A stretch of 64,000 nucleotides of DNA from Sodaliphilus sp. (GTDB lineage Bacteria > Bacteroidota > Bacteroidia > Bacteroidales > Muribaculaceae): assembly GCA_045541835.1 (NCBI GenBank), contig JAZQJW010000077.1, forward strand, positions 16,770-80,769. Reading direction: 5' to 3'. Shown here one piece after another: positions 46,974 through 56,877 of the stretch. A program made the position numbers and the translations under genes. Under the pieces are notes generated by a model. That model searched no databases. It saw only the letters and a program-made list of their open reading frames with translations, and had not been told where the DNA came from. Positions within the stretch are counted from its first letter, which is position 1. Every line of letters starts with the position of its first letter.

Positions 46974-46982
46974 TGACAACTT

Positions 46983-48122
46983 TTATTTGAATAACTGACC
47001 AGCGATCACCATGCGCTGTACCTCGGATGTTCCCTCGTAAATCTCGGTAATCTTAGCATCACGCATCATGCGCTCAACAGGATACTCACGGGTATAACCG
47101 TAGCCACCATGGAACTGGACGGCCTTGGTCGTCACTTCCATAGCAGTCTCGGCGGCAAAGAGTTTAGCCATAGCGGCATCGGCACTGTAAGGCAGGTGCA
47201 TGTCTTTCTTCCATGCGGCACTGCGCACCAGCAGACGGGCAGCCTCGACCTTGGTCTTGAGGTCGGCCATCTGGAACTGGGTGTTCTGGAACTTGGCGAT
47301 AGAGCGGCCAAACTGCTTGCGCTCCTTGGTGTACTTAACCGTCTCGTCCATAGCGCCCTGAGCGATACCGAGGGCCTGTGAAGCGATACCGATGCGACCA
47401 CCGTCGAGCGTCATCATAGCAATCTTGAAGCCCTTGCCGAGTTGGCCGAGGAGGTTCTCCTTGGGCACGATGCAGTTTTCAAAAATCAACTCACAGGTAG
47501 CGCTGCCGCGGATACCCATCTTCAACTCCTTCTTACCAACGGAGAAACCGGGCATGTCCCTCTCGACGATGAAGGCCGAGATGCCCTTTGTGCCCTGCGA
47601 CTTGTCGGTCATGGCCATCACGATAAACACGTGGGCGTTGGAAGCGTTGGTGATGAAAATCTTGGAGCCGTTGAGTACCCAGTGGTCACCAGCGTCGACA
47701 GCGGTGGTCTGCTGCATGGCAGCATCGGTACCGGCGTTGGGCTCGGTGAGACCGAAGGCGCCAATCCACTCACCCGAAGCGAGCTTGGGCAAGTACTTCA
47801 TCTTCTGCTCCTCAGTGCCGTGCTCCATGATGGGAGCGATGCACAACGAGGTGTGTGCCGAGAGGACCACGCCCGTGGTTGCACACACGCGTGAGAGTTC
47901 CTCAACAGCCATGATATACATCTGCACGGTACCGCCGGCACCGCCATATTGCTTGGGAACAGGAATACCCATCATACCGAGTTTGCCCATCTTCTGGACG
48001 GTCTCGAGAGGGAAGCGCTCCTGCTCGTCAATCTCGGCAGCGAGAGGCTTTACCTCATTCTCTGCAAACGAGCGAACCATCTGCAGGAACAGTTGTTCTG
48101 TTTTAGAATAGCTGAAATCCAT
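46983..48122 (-). CDS. bcd: Butyryl-CoA (short-chain acyl-CoA) dehydrogenase
   Basis: 379 aa. Acyl-CoA dehydrogenase signatures (GLTEPNAGTDA, QFHGGYGY). Adjacent to etfBA. Confidence 0.9.
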   Translation of the reverse strand: MDFSYSKTEQLFLQMVRSFAENEVKPLAAEIDEQERFPLETVQKMGKLGMMGIPVPKQYGGAGGTVQMYIMAVEELSRVCATTGVVLSAHTSLCIAPIMEHGTEEQKMKYLPKLASGEWIGAFGLTEPNAGTDAAMQQTTAVDAGDHWVLNGSKIFITNASNAHVFIVMAMTDKSQGTKGISAFIVERDMPGFSVGKKELKMGIRGSATCELIFENCIVPKENLLGQLGKGFKIAMMTLDGGRIGIASQALGIAQGAMDETVKYTKERKQFGRSIAKFQNTQFQMADLKTKVEAARLLVRSAAWKKDMHLPYSADAAMAKLFAAETAMEVTTKAVQFHGGYGYTREYPVERMMRDAKITEIYEGTSEVQRMVIAGQLFK

Positions 48123-48233
48123 ATTCTCTTTTTAAGTTTTTAGTTTTTAGTTTTTAGTTGTAAATGTGAGATGTATTGCCGGAAAGAGGTTACATCACTG
48201 AAGACTTACAACTGAAAACTTACAACTTAATGA
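48123..48233. repeat. Shorter member of the heptad/palindrome intergenic family (hbd-bcd spacer)
   Basis: ttaagtttttagtttttagtttttagttgtaaatgtgagatgtattgccgg...acttacaactgaaaacttacaacttaa. Confidence 0.8.
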
Positions 48234-49070
48234 TTAATACTTGTAGAAGCCTTCACCGGTCTTGCGGCCCAACAGCCCAGCGCGAACCATCTTGCGCAGC
48301 AGGGGATGAGGACGATACTTGGGATCGCCGAACTCGTTGTAGAGCACCTCCATGATGGCGAGGTTCACATCGTTACCGATAAGGTCGGCCAGTGCAAGCG
48401 GGCCCATGGGATGGTTGGCACCCAGCATCATGCACTTGTCGATGTCCTCGGCGCTGGCGATACCGTCGGCCAGGATGCCCACTGCCTCGTTGATCATCGG
48501 GATAAGGATGCGGTTAACGACAAAACCGGGAGCCTCGTTAACGGGCACGGGAGTCTTGCCGATTTCGGTCGTCAGGTCAACGATGCACTTGGCGGTCTCC
48601 TCACTGGTGAGCTGGCCCTTGATAACCTCAACGAGCGCCATGCGGTCGGCGGGGTTGAAGAAGTGGCAGCCGATGAACTGTGCGGGGCGGCTGGTGCAGG
48701 CAGCGATCTCGGTGATGGAGAGCGACGACGAATTGGTGGCGAAGATGGTCTCGGGCTTGCAGATCTTGTCAAGCTCCATGAACACGTCCTTCTTCAACTG
48801 CATGTTCTCGACAGCAGCCTCGATAACGAGGTCGGCATCAGCGAAGTCGGCATAGTCGGTCGTCGTGGTGATGTTTGCCAGGATAGCCTTCATGGCATCC
48901 TCGGTGATTTTACCCTTCTCGACGAGCTTGTTGTAGCCCTTGGAGATAGAAGCCATGGCCTTGTCCAGGCTCTCCTGGGTGCGGCTCTTCATGACAACGG
49001 GCATCTTGGCGGCAAACGCCTTGACGATACCCTTGGCCATCGTACCTGTTCCAATAACACAAATTTTCAT
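48234..49070 (-). CDS. hbd: 3-hydroxybutyryl-CoA dehydrogenase
   Basis: [15 protein letters not shown] (GxGxxG), 278 aa. Confidence 0.9.
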   Translation of the reverse strand: MKICVIGTGTMAKGIVKAFAAKMPVVMKSRTQESLDKAMASISKGYNKLVEKGKITEDAMKAILANITTTTDYADFADADLVIEAAVENMQLKKDVFMELDKICKPETIFATNSSSLSITEIAACTSRPAQFIGCHFFNPADRMALVEVIKGQLTSEETAKCIVDLTTEIGKTPVPVNEAPGFVVNRILIPMINEAVGILADGIASAEDIDKCMMLGANHPMGPLALADLIGNDVNLAIMEVLYNEFGDPKYRPHPLLRKMVRAGLLGRKTGEGFYKY

Positions 49071-49110
49071 AATTGGTTCTGTTTTTTTATTTTAGTTGAT
49101 GAATGTTGAT

Positions 49111-49887
49111 TTATTCTCCCTTAAAAGTTGCCTCACGCTTGTTGAGGAAAGCGTCCATGCCCTCCTTCTGGTCGGCCGTAGCAAAGCACTTGCCGAAGAG
49201 TTTGTTCTCCAGAGCGATGGCACCGTCGGCATCCAGGTCATAACCCTCGTTGATGCTCTTCTTGGCCAGACTGATGGCCACAGGCGCATTCTTGAGCATC
49301 ATGGCGGCCATTTCCATGGCTTTACCCATCAGTTCAGCAGGCTCATAGACGGCATTGACCAGACCGATGCGCAGTGCTTCGTCGGAGCGAATCACCTTGC
49401 CCGTGTAGATCATCTCCTTGGCATAGCCCTGTCCGATGAGCTTGGGCAAGCGATAGGTTCCCGAGAAGCCGGGAATGATACCCAGTCCCACCTCGGGCTG
49501 ACCGAACTTGGCGTTGGCCGAGCAGATGCGGATGTCGCAGGACATTGCCAGCTCGCAGCCGCCACCCAGCGCGAAACCATTGACAGCGGCAATGACGGGG
49601 ATGGGCAGCACCTCGATCTTGCGGAACACCTGAGCGCCCAAGCGGCCGAATTCTTCTCCCTGCGGCTCGTTCAGGTGGGCCATCTCAGAGATGTCGGCTC
49701 CAGCGACAAACGATTTCTCGCCGTCGCCGGTGATGATGAGCACGCGGGTGGTGGCCTCCAGGTTGTCGATAAAGTCGTTCAATTCCTTGAGGATGCTCGA
49801 ATTGAGGGCATTCAAGGTTTTGGGCGCCGAAATCGTCAAGACGGTGACACCGTTGTTGTGCTCAATCTTCAAGAAGTTATATTCCAT
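49111..49887 (-). CDS. crt: Enoyl-CoA hydratase (crotonase)
   Basis: 258 aa crotonase fold (AAVNGFALGGGCELAMSCD). Confidence 0.9.
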   Translation of the reverse strand: MEYNFLKIEHNNGVTVLTISAPKTLNALNSSILKELNDFIDNLEATTRVLIITGDGEKSFVAGADISEMAHLNEPQGEEFGRLGAQVFRKIEVLPIPVIAAVNGFALGGGCELAMSCDIRICSANAKFGQPEVGLGIIPGFSGTYRLPKLIGQGYAKEMIYTGKVIRSDEALRIGLVNAVYEPAELMGKAMEMAAMMLKNAPVAISLAKKSINEGYDLDADGAIALENKLFGKCFATADQKEGMDAFLNKREATFKGE

Positions 49888-49903
49888 GACTCGAGTGAGA
49901 GGA

Positions 49904-50563
49904 TTAAACGTCCATGGGTTTCAGGTCGGGCGAGATGATGAGCTTAGCCTCGGTAGCGGCCTGTACATCCTCAACAGTGAACTCGGGATGCAGCTCACGC
50001 AGCACGATGCCCTCGGGGGTGATGTCCATAACACCCATCTCTGTGATAATCATGTTGACCTGTCCGGCAGCGGTCAGGGGCAGGGTGCACTCTTTCAAGA
50101 TCTTGGGGTTACCCTTCTGGGTGTGCTCCATCGTGAGGATCACGCGCTTGGCGCCCACAACGAGGTCCATGGCACCGCCCATACCGGGAGCCATCTTGCC
50201 GGGAATAATCCAGTTAGCGAGGTTGCCTTTCTCATCGACCTGCAAGGCACCGAGGAACGATACGTTCACGTGGCCGCCACGGATGATGGCGAACGAGGTT
50301 GCCGAGTCAAAGGTGCAAGCTCCGGGGTTCAGGGTGATAGCACCACCACCGGCGTTGATGAGGTTCTTGTCCTCCTTACCCTCCTCGGGCGTGGGACCCA
50401 TACCCATGGCACCATTCTCGGTCTGCAAGGTTACCGAAACGCCTTCGGGCAGGTAATTAGGAATTAAGGTGGGGATACCAATACCCAGATTCACAACATC
50501 GCCATCGTGCAGTTCCTTGGCAGCACGTTTTGCGATGACTTCTCTCATTTGATATTTATCCAT
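49904..50563 (-). CDS. atoA: 3-oxoacid/butyrate-acetoacetate CoA-transferase subunit B
   Basis: LQTENG catalytic-Glu motif, 219 aa. Confidence 0.9.
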   Translation of the reverse strand: MDKYQMREVIAKRAAKELHDGDVVNLGIGIPTLIPNYLPEGVSVTLQTENGAMGMGPTPEEGKEDKNLINAGGGAITLNPGACTFDSATSFAIIRGGHVNVSFLGALQVDEKGNLANWIIPGKMAPGMGGAMDLVVGAKRVILTMEHTQKGNPKILKECTLPLTAAGQVNMIITEMGVMDITPEGIVLRELHPEFTVEDVQAATEAKLIISPDLKPMDV

Positions 50564-50642
50564 AATAGTACGGTTTTGAGATTAATTATATGTTTTTAAA
50601 AAGTTATTTCATTCTGTACTCTCAAGATTATCGACCAGCAAT

Positions 50643-50723
50643 TCTCTAATCTCTAATCACTAATCACTAATCTTTAAACTCTAAACTCTAAACTTCAAGT
50701 TTCAGAAAAATCTGAAACTTGAA
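50643..50723. repeat. Eight tandem heptads (TCTCTAA/TCACTAA/ACTCTAA) plus a 12-bp-stem hairpin abutting the kamE stop
   Basis: Heptads at 50643..50698. Hairpin ttcaagtttcag/ctgaaacttgaa at 50694..50723. Confidence 0.85.
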
Positions 50724-51512
50724 TTATTTCATTCCTCTCTTGACCATCTCCTGCACGACGAACGAAGCGACGTCGTCGGCATAGGTGTTCATACCGAAAC
50801 CGGCATCAAAGCCCAGCTCCTTGGCCAACTCGTGGGTCACACGGGCGCCGCCACAGCAGCAGATCATCTTGTCGCGCAGGCCCTCGGCCTCCATCAACTC
50901 GATGAACTCGGTCATGTTCTTAATGTGCACATCCTTCTGGGTCACCGTCTGCGAGACGAGCAGCGCGTCGGCATGGAGTTCGATGCCCTTGGCGATGAAC
51001 TCGTCGTTGGGCACCTGGGAACCCAGGTTGTAGGCCTCAATCATCTCGTAGCGTTCCAGTCCGTAGTGGCCGGCATAGCCCTTCATGTTCATGATGGCGT
51101 CGATGCCCACGGTGTGGGCGTCGGTACCAGTAGACGCTCCCACAATGACAATCTTGCGGCCAATGTTCTCCTTGATGTACTCGTCGGTCTCATACATGTC
51201 CATCGTGTTGCTCTCCACCTTGGGAACATAGATGGTACTGTAGTCCACGGTGTGGGTGCAGCTGCCGTAGCAGTTGAAGAACGTGAAACCCGGGGTCAAC
51301 TCCTTGTAGTAGACCACACTGGGATTCTCCAGACCCATCTTGCGGATTAACTGTTTGGCGGCTTCCACCGCCTCGGCACCACAGGGCACGGGCAGGGTGA
51401 AGCTGAGCTGCACCTTGCCGTCGTTCATCGTGTCGCCGTATGGTTTAATCTTGGTGAAGTCTAAGGTTTTGTCAAAATCCTTAGCTTCCATGCTATATAA
51501 TCCTTCGCTCAT
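50724..51512 (-). CDS. kamE: Lysine 5,6-aminomutase beta subunit (B12-binding)
   Basis: GTDAHTVGIDAI (DxHxxG cobalamin motif), 262 aa. Follows kamD. Confidence 0.9.
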   Translation of the reverse strand: MSEGLYSMEAKDFDKTLDFTKIKPYGDTMNDGKVQLSFTLPVPCGAEAVEAAKQLIRKMGLENPSVVYYKELTPGFTFFNCYGSCTHTVDYSTIYVPKVESNTMDMYETDEYIKENIGRKIVIVGASTGTDAHTVGIDAIMNMKGYAGHYGLERYEMIEAYNLGSQVPNDEFIAKGIELHADALLVSQTVTQKDVHIKNMTEFIELMEAEGLRDKMICCCGGARVTHELAKELGFDAGFGMNTYADDVASFVVQEMVKRGMK

Positions 51513-51548
51513 AGTCGTATCGTAACCTTAATGTGATGTCTCTTGTTA

Positions 51549-53105
51549 TTATCTCTTTCCCTTCATCAGTTCCACAAACGGGTTGTAGTAGTTCTCGCCC
51601 TTCATGGTGACACCGGCCAAGCCCTTGCCGCCATTCTTGGGACGCTTCACGTCGCCGAAGATACCCTTCTCCAGAGCGGTGAACAAGCCCTCCTTGGTGA
51701 TATCCTCAAGCAACTTGATGGTGTTACCCAGCACTTCCTTGACGCGATTGCGGCAGATACCGCCCTCGACAAACTCCATTTCCTCGCCAATGTTCTTCAT
51801 GTTGTTGAAGATGTACTTGGCATTCTCGATGGAGAGGTAACGGTCGCTCATGAAGGGGGTGTGGATGGCCTCGGTGGGCATACCCAGCAGCTGGATACCC
51901 TGGTGGGTCCAAATGCCGATCATGTTGAACAGGGCGTCCTGGATGTGACCACGGAAGATATTACCCGTCATGAACTTCGTCGGGGGCATGTACTTCAAAG
52001 TGGCCTTGGGGAAGATTTCACGGGTCATCTGTGCCTGAGCCAGCTCCAGCAGGAAGCCATTCTCAAGCATGGGGTCCATCTCAAAGGCGTGTCCCAGTCC
52101 CATCTGCTCCTCGGGCAGACCTGCCATGAGGGCGAGCTGCTCGTTGATGAGGTCCGATGCGAGCACCGTGTGTGCTGCCTCGACAGCATCGGCAGTGGTC
52201 AGGTAGTTGTCCTCACCCGTGTTGATGATAACGCCGGCAAAACCGTTGATGATGCGGCTCATGTACTGGTCGATGAGCGTGCGCTGCATGTTGATGTCAC
52301 GGAACAAGATGCCGTACAACGCGTCGTTAAGCATCACGTCCAGACCCTCGAAGGCGCCCATGATCGCGATCTCGGGCATACACAGACCTGAACAGTAGTT
52401 ACACAGGCGGATGTAACGGCCCTGCTCCTCACCCACCTCATCAAGCGCCTTGCGCATGATGCGGAAGTTCTCCTGGGTGGCGAAGGTGCCGCCAAAGCCC
52501 TCGGTTGTCGCGCCATAGGGCACATAGTCCAACAGGCTCTGGCCGGTGGTACGGATCACGGCGATGACATCGGCACCCTGACGGGCACCTGCCTGGGCCT
52601 GCACCACGTCCTCATAGATGTTACCCGTTGCCACGATGATGTACAGGTAAGGCTTGGGTCCCTCGCCGATGGTCTCGAGGTAGTGTTCGCGACGGGCACG
52701 ACGGGCACGGATGCGTGCCATGCTCTCGTCGATGACGGGCTGCAGGGCATCGGCAATCTGCTTGGGGTCACGGGTGACCACCTTGGTGATGTCCAGTTCG
52801 TCCTTAGCCACTTTCTCGGCAATCTGCTGGGGATTCAAACCGGTCTGAATCATGGCATTGGCGATGAAGAACAAGGCACCCTCGTTCAACACGCCCTTGT
52901 CTTTCAAGGCTTCCACCACCACGTTGGGCAGAGGCACGTCGTTGTCATCAACACCGTCGATGCCCATCAAGCGGCACAAGGTGCGCTCGACGGCAACCGT
53001 GGTGTATTGCTCCACAAAGGACTGCACATCCTCGGCGATGCCTTTGGCAAGACCTCTGGCATACTCAACTTTTTCGAAATCTAATCCTAACTTGCTCTTT
53101 TGCAT
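51549..53105 (-). CDS. kamD: Lysine 5,6-aminomutase alpha subunit
   Basis: 518 aa; TIM-barrel aminomutase large-subunit pattern. Operon context with kamE and kamA. Confidence 0.9.
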   Translation of the reverse strand: MQKSKLGLDFEKVEYARGLAKGIAEDVQSFVEQYTTVAVERTLCRLMGIDGVDDNDVPLPNVVVEALKDKGVLNEGALFFIANAMIQTGLNPQQIAEKVAKDELDITKVVTRDPKQIADALQPVIDESMARIRARRARREHYLETIGEGPKPYLYIIVATGNIYEDVVQAQAGARQGADVIAVIRTTGQSLLDYVPYGATTEGFGGTFATQENFRIMRKALDEVGEEQGRYIRLCNYCSGLCMPEIAIMGAFEGLDVMLNDALYGILFRDINMQRTLIDQYMSRIINGFAGVIINTGEDNYLTTADAVEAAHTVLASDLINEQLALMAGLPEEQMGLGHAFEMDPMLENGFLLELAQAQMTREIFPKATLKYMPPTKFMTGNIFRGHIQDALFNMIGIWTHQGIQLLGMPTEAIHTPFMSDRYLSIENAKYIFNNMKNIGEEMEFVEGGICRNRVKEVLGNTIKLLEDITKEGLFTALEKGIFGDVKRPKNGGKGLAGVTMKGENYYNPFVELMKGKR

Positions 53106-53130
53106 AGTGTATATAGTATATAGTGTGATG

Positions 53131-54483
53131 TCATTCCTGATGAACGGAGGATTCCAGCAGACTCCTCGCTGTTGTAATCCACTCGCTGTCGATGCCCAGG
53201 CTCTGGGCGATGTTCAATGCCTCGTGGGGCACCTCGCCTTCCTGGACCTCGACCAGCTGATAATCCATTGAGCCGTTCTCGAAGCCTTTCACCCTGAGGC
53301 AGCGGGCTTTTCCCGACTCTATATCGTAATGCGTCGTCATGACAAGGCTCATGTCTTTATCGGCCAGTACCTGCAGCAGTGCCGTCACCAGCGCCGCACC
53401 CTCGGTTGGGTTTGTCGTGCGGGCTGGCTCGTCAATCAACGCCAGTATTCTCTTGTTCACGCGCGATGCCTGTATGACGGCATCGATGTTTTCCATCTCG
53501 GCAGCAAATGACGAAAGGCCCTTCTCGACCGACTGCTCGTCACCGATGCAGAAATGTATCTCGTCTTTCACGGCAATTTGGGCCGAAGCCGCCGGAATGC
53601 CGAATCCGAATTGGAAGAGCAATTGACACAAGGTCAACGTCTTGAGCACCACAGTCTTGCCACCCATGTTGGCTCCTGTGATGAGGGTTGGCTGCTCGCC
53701 GAAGGCGATGTCCACCGGCTGGAACTCACGTCCTCGTTGAGCAAGCGCATCTTTTACCTGGGGATGGAACATCGCCTCATAGCGTGTGGTTCCATCATTG
53801 GACAGCACGGGGAACGTCAGCCCCATCTGCTTCATCTGCATCGCCTTGGCCAGGTTCACGTCGATGCGTGCCAGGGCGAGCTGTGCCTGTTCTATGGCAG
53901 CAGCAAACGGATGCAACTGCCGGCTCAAGTCTGCACGGATGCCATCTTCCAGTTCGCCGGCCTGCAAGAGGAGCTCTTCCTGCTGCTCGGGGTGCTGGCG
54001 CATTTTCACGCGCAGGTCCTTGAGTTGCTCGCTGTAGGAATCATATATATAAAATGTGGCAATCTTCATCCCGTCGGGGTCAAGGATTGCAATGACCTCG
54101 TCCAGCGAGGGAATAATGACAGCATCGGCCATGTCATGCTCGGCCAGCAACTTGTTGACGTCGGCAGCCAGAAGCGCGAGGTGCTTGACTTCAAAGAGCT
54201 CGATATCGTCGAGCACCGAACTGCAGTGCAGGTTCTTGATGGTTGTGCGGATGTCCTTCAGCCCGCACAACTTGTGGTTCAAGGTATTGATGAAGAGAGG
54301 CTCCACCCGATTGACAAACTCAGCGAAACGGCTCAGGACGGCATAGGTCGCGGCAATTTCCTCGTCACTCGTCATGAGGGGCGAGTGCAGGAGGCTACGG
54401 CGGGCAAAACCCGACTGCAGTTCCAGCTGGTCCACCATGTAGCGGATGCCGCAAGGCGACTCTATGACATTCCTCAATTGCAC
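53131..54483 (-). CDS. MutS domain-V-like ATPase (no mismatch-binding domain), probable aminomutase accessory/reactivating factor
   Basis: GANMGGKTVVLKTLTL (Walker A); LIDEPARTTNPTEGAAL; 450 aa. Embedded between kamA and kamD. Confidence 0.8.
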   Translation of the reverse strand: MQLRNVIESPCGIRYMVDQLELQSGFARRSLLHSPLMTSDEEIAATYAVLSRFAEFVNRVEPLFINTLNHKLCGLKDIRTTIKNLHCSSVLDDIELFEVKHLALLAADVNKLLAEHDMADAVIIPSLDEVIAILDPDGMKIATFYIYDSYSEQLKDLRVKMRQHPEQQEELLLQAGELEDGIRADLSRQLHPFAAAIEQAQLALARIDVNLAKAMQMKQMGLTFPVLSNDGTTRYEAMFHPQVKDALAQRGREFQPVDIAFGEQPTLITGANMGGKTVVLKTLTLCQLLFQFGFGIPAASAQIAVKDEIHFCIGDEQSVEKGLSSFAAEMENIDAVIQASRVNKRILALIDEPARTTNPTEGAALVTALLQVLADKDMSLVMTTHYDIESGKARCLRVKGFENGSMDYQLVEVQEGEVPHEALNIAQSLGIDSEWITTARSLLESSVHQE

Positions 54484-54485
54484 TG

Positions 54486-55577
54486 TTATTGTTTGTTCTT
54501 TATCAGGTCATAAACCGGAAGCCCGATGGCTTCGCTCAGTCGGCCACACAGGGTGTCCGAGTCAAGGACATAACCGCTGGGTGACGTGGGATTGACAGTG
54601 ACGGCGATGAGTTTGCTTTTCTGCAACACCCGGATGCGTCCGCCTGCCTTGATGAACAGCCTGAACTGCTGGGGAGTGACAAAAACCTTGGTAAAATCCC
54701 TCACCACCAGTTCTGCCTGCCTGAGATGCTTGTTCTGCCTCACCTTCTCGAGGAAACCATCCACCAGAGCACCAGCCACATAAAGCGTCTCGCAGTCGTC
54801 CATGCCCTCGAAATGGATATCCCTCGACAGGGAGGTCATCGTGTCCAAGCTGTTAAGGCTGCCGTCCTTGCCGATGAACCAGAGCCCCTTTTCCAGCGGC
54901 ATCAGCATCTCAATATTGCGCTCGGAGGTCAATTCCAGGTTCACGAGATCCACCACATGGGCGGTCTTGTTCACCAGGGTGTTGATGTTGGCCGAGTAGG
55001 CCGCTCCTGTCGCCAGAATCATCGACTGGCTCACGGCGGGTGATGCCGAACTCATGCGTGACAAGGCTCCGTCAATGACGACCAGGTCGATGTCGAAGCG
55101 GTGATGCATCTCTCCCATCCAGCGCCTGAGGCTGCTGGCCGACGAGGGGCCTGAGAGCAGGATTTTGCCACCTGTCAGCGCCCTGGCGGTCACCACCCTG
55201 CCCAGCGATGTGCTCTCGTCGCTCACGTCGATGAGCTCCGAAACCAGCCTTCGCTGGCGATAGTGGGCCTCGCTGGTGCCGAAATACATGCACTCACGGA
55301 GGACGATTTCGGGCTTCTGGGTGCGGGTCACTTGATCCACGGTCTCTCCATCAATGCCGATTGACGTGACAGCCACGCGTTTTGTGTCCACGGGGAGTCG
55401 GTTGAGGACATACTTCAGGCATTCGGTCTTGCCTGTGTTCTTCTCCAGTCCCACGATAGACAGGCTGTCGTAACGCAATATGTCATTGATGAAGGGCACT
55501 GCTTGAACGCAATGATTTCCGCTGGCAGCTGTGAAGACGCCAAGAGCGTCTTCACAGCCCAACGGAAGCCGTCTCAA
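54486..55577 (-). CDS. P-loop protein partnering the MutS-like ATPase (start codon uncertain)
   Basis: GLEKNTGKTE Walker-A-like motif. The track ORF starts at a TTG abutting the kamA stop, and no ATG lies near the 5' end. Confidence 0.65.
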   Translation of the reverse strand: MRRLPLGCEDALGVFTAASGNHCVQAVPFINDILRYDSLSIVGLEKNTGKTECLKYVLNRLPVDTKRVAVTSIGIDGETVDQVTRTQKPEIVLRECMYFGTSEAHYRQRRLVSELIDVSDESTSLGRVVTARALTGGKILLSGPSSASSLRRWMGEMHHRFDIDLVVIDGALSRMSSASPAVSQSMILATGAAYSANINTLVNKTAHVVDLVNLELTSERNIEMLMPLEKGLWFIGKDGSLNSLDTMTSLSRDIHFEGMDDCETLYVAGALVDGFLEKVRQNKHLRQAELVVRDFTKVFVTPQQFRLFIKAGGRIRVLQKSKLIAVTVNPTSPSGYVLDSDTLCGRLSEAIGLPVYDLIKNKQ

Positions 55578-56861
55578 TTATTTCTTGTTGCGGACCTCAT
55601 TGCGCTCATGACGCTTCAGCGCCTTAGGCTCAATGTTCATGCGCTCGCCTTCAAGCAGCGAGATGACACCATCGACAGCCTTGTCGGCAGCCACCTGCTC
55701 CTTGGCGCGTGCAGCCTGGCACTCGGGGCAGTTGCACTCGCTGTGGTAATCGGTGGGCTCGGTATAGGTGGTGATAACACCCTCGAAGTTGCGCAATACC
55801 ACGCGGCCAGGAGCCTGAGAGATGACGTATTGGGGCATGACGGGCGTCTTGCCACCGCCACCGGGAGCGTCCACCACGAAGGTGGGCACGCAATAGCCAC
55901 TGGTGTGGCCGCGCAGGCCCTCGATGATCTCGATACCCTTGCTGACGGGAGTGCGGAAGTGCTCCAGACCCATCGACAGGTCGCACTGATAAATGTAGTA
56001 AGGACGCACACGGATTTTCACGATCTCATGCACGAGCTTCTTCATCACGTGGACACAGTCGTTCACGCCGCGCAACAGCACGCTCTGGTTGCCCAGGGGG
56101 ATACCGGCGTTGGCCAGCATCTCGCAAGCACGGCTCGACTCGGGAGTCACCTCGTTGGGATGGTTGAAGTGGGTATTGATCCAGATGGGATGATACTTCT
56201 TCAACATGTCGCACAACTCGGGCGTGATGCGCTGCGGGCAAACCACGGGAGTGCGGGTACCCAGACGGACGATTTCGACATGAGGAATCTTCCTCAGTTC
56301 CGAGATGATGTACTCCAAGCGCTTGTCGCTCACCATGAGGGCGTCGCCACCCGAGAGGAGGACGTCGCGCACGGTGGGCGTGTTACGGATATATTCCAAC
56401 GCCTTCTCGATGCGGTCGATACCACACTCGTTGTCGGTCTGACCGGCAAAGCGGCGACGGGTGCAGTGACGGCAGTACATCGAGCACATGTCGGTGATGA
56501 GGAACAGCACGCGGTCGGGATAACGGTGGGTCAAACCGGGCGTGGGAGAATCCTCGTCCTCATGCAGCGGGTCGAGCAGGTCGGCAGCGGCCTGATGGGT
56601 CTCAAGACCGGTGGGGATGCACTGACGACGGATGGGGTCATGGGGATCATCGGGATTGATGAGGCTCAGGTAATAGGGCGTGATGGCCATGCGCAGGGTC
56701 TTGAGGGTCTGCTTGACGCCCTCTTCCTCCTCAGCGGTCAGTTTCACGTATTTCTTGAGTTCCTCAAGGGTCTCGATGCGGTTTTTCACCTGCCATTTCC
56801 AGTCATTCCACTGCTCGTCGGTGACATCGGGGAACATCTGTTTTCTTCTTGATTCTACCAT
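55578..56861 (-). CDS. kamA: Lysine 2,3-aminomutase (radical SAM)
   Basis: CSMYCRHCTRRR cluster motif, 427 aa. Confidence 0.95.
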   Translation of the reverse strand: MVESRRKQMFPDVTDEQWNDWKWQVKNRIETLEELKKYVKLTAEEEEGVKQTLKTLRMAITPYYLSLINPDDPHDPIRRQCIPTGLETHQAAADLLDPLHEDEDSPTPGLTHRYPDRVLFLITDMCSMYCRHCTRRRFAGQTDNECGIDRIEKALEYIRNTPTVRDVLLSGGDALMVSDKRLEYIISELRKIPHVEIVRLGTRTPVVCPQRITPELCDMLKKYHPIWINTHFNHPNEVTPESSRACEMLANAGIPLGNQSVLLRGVNDCVHVMKKLVHEIVKIRVRPYYIYQCDLSMGLEHFRTPVSKGIEIIEGLRGHTSGYCVPTFVVDAPGGGGKTPVMPQYVISQAPGRVVLRNFEGVITTYTEPTDYHSECNCPECQAARAKEQVAADKAVDGVISLLEGERMNIEPKALKRHERNEVRNKK

Positions 56862-56877
56862 GATAATTCCAAATGAT

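Noticed and set aside
45848-46982. CRISPR-like appearance of the short repeats in the etf spacers and at 50643..50698 and 58062..58124.
   Set aside because: The units are 7-9 bp and directly tandem, with no unique spacers, and no cas genes are present. They are microsatellite or palindromic elements, not CRISPR arrays.
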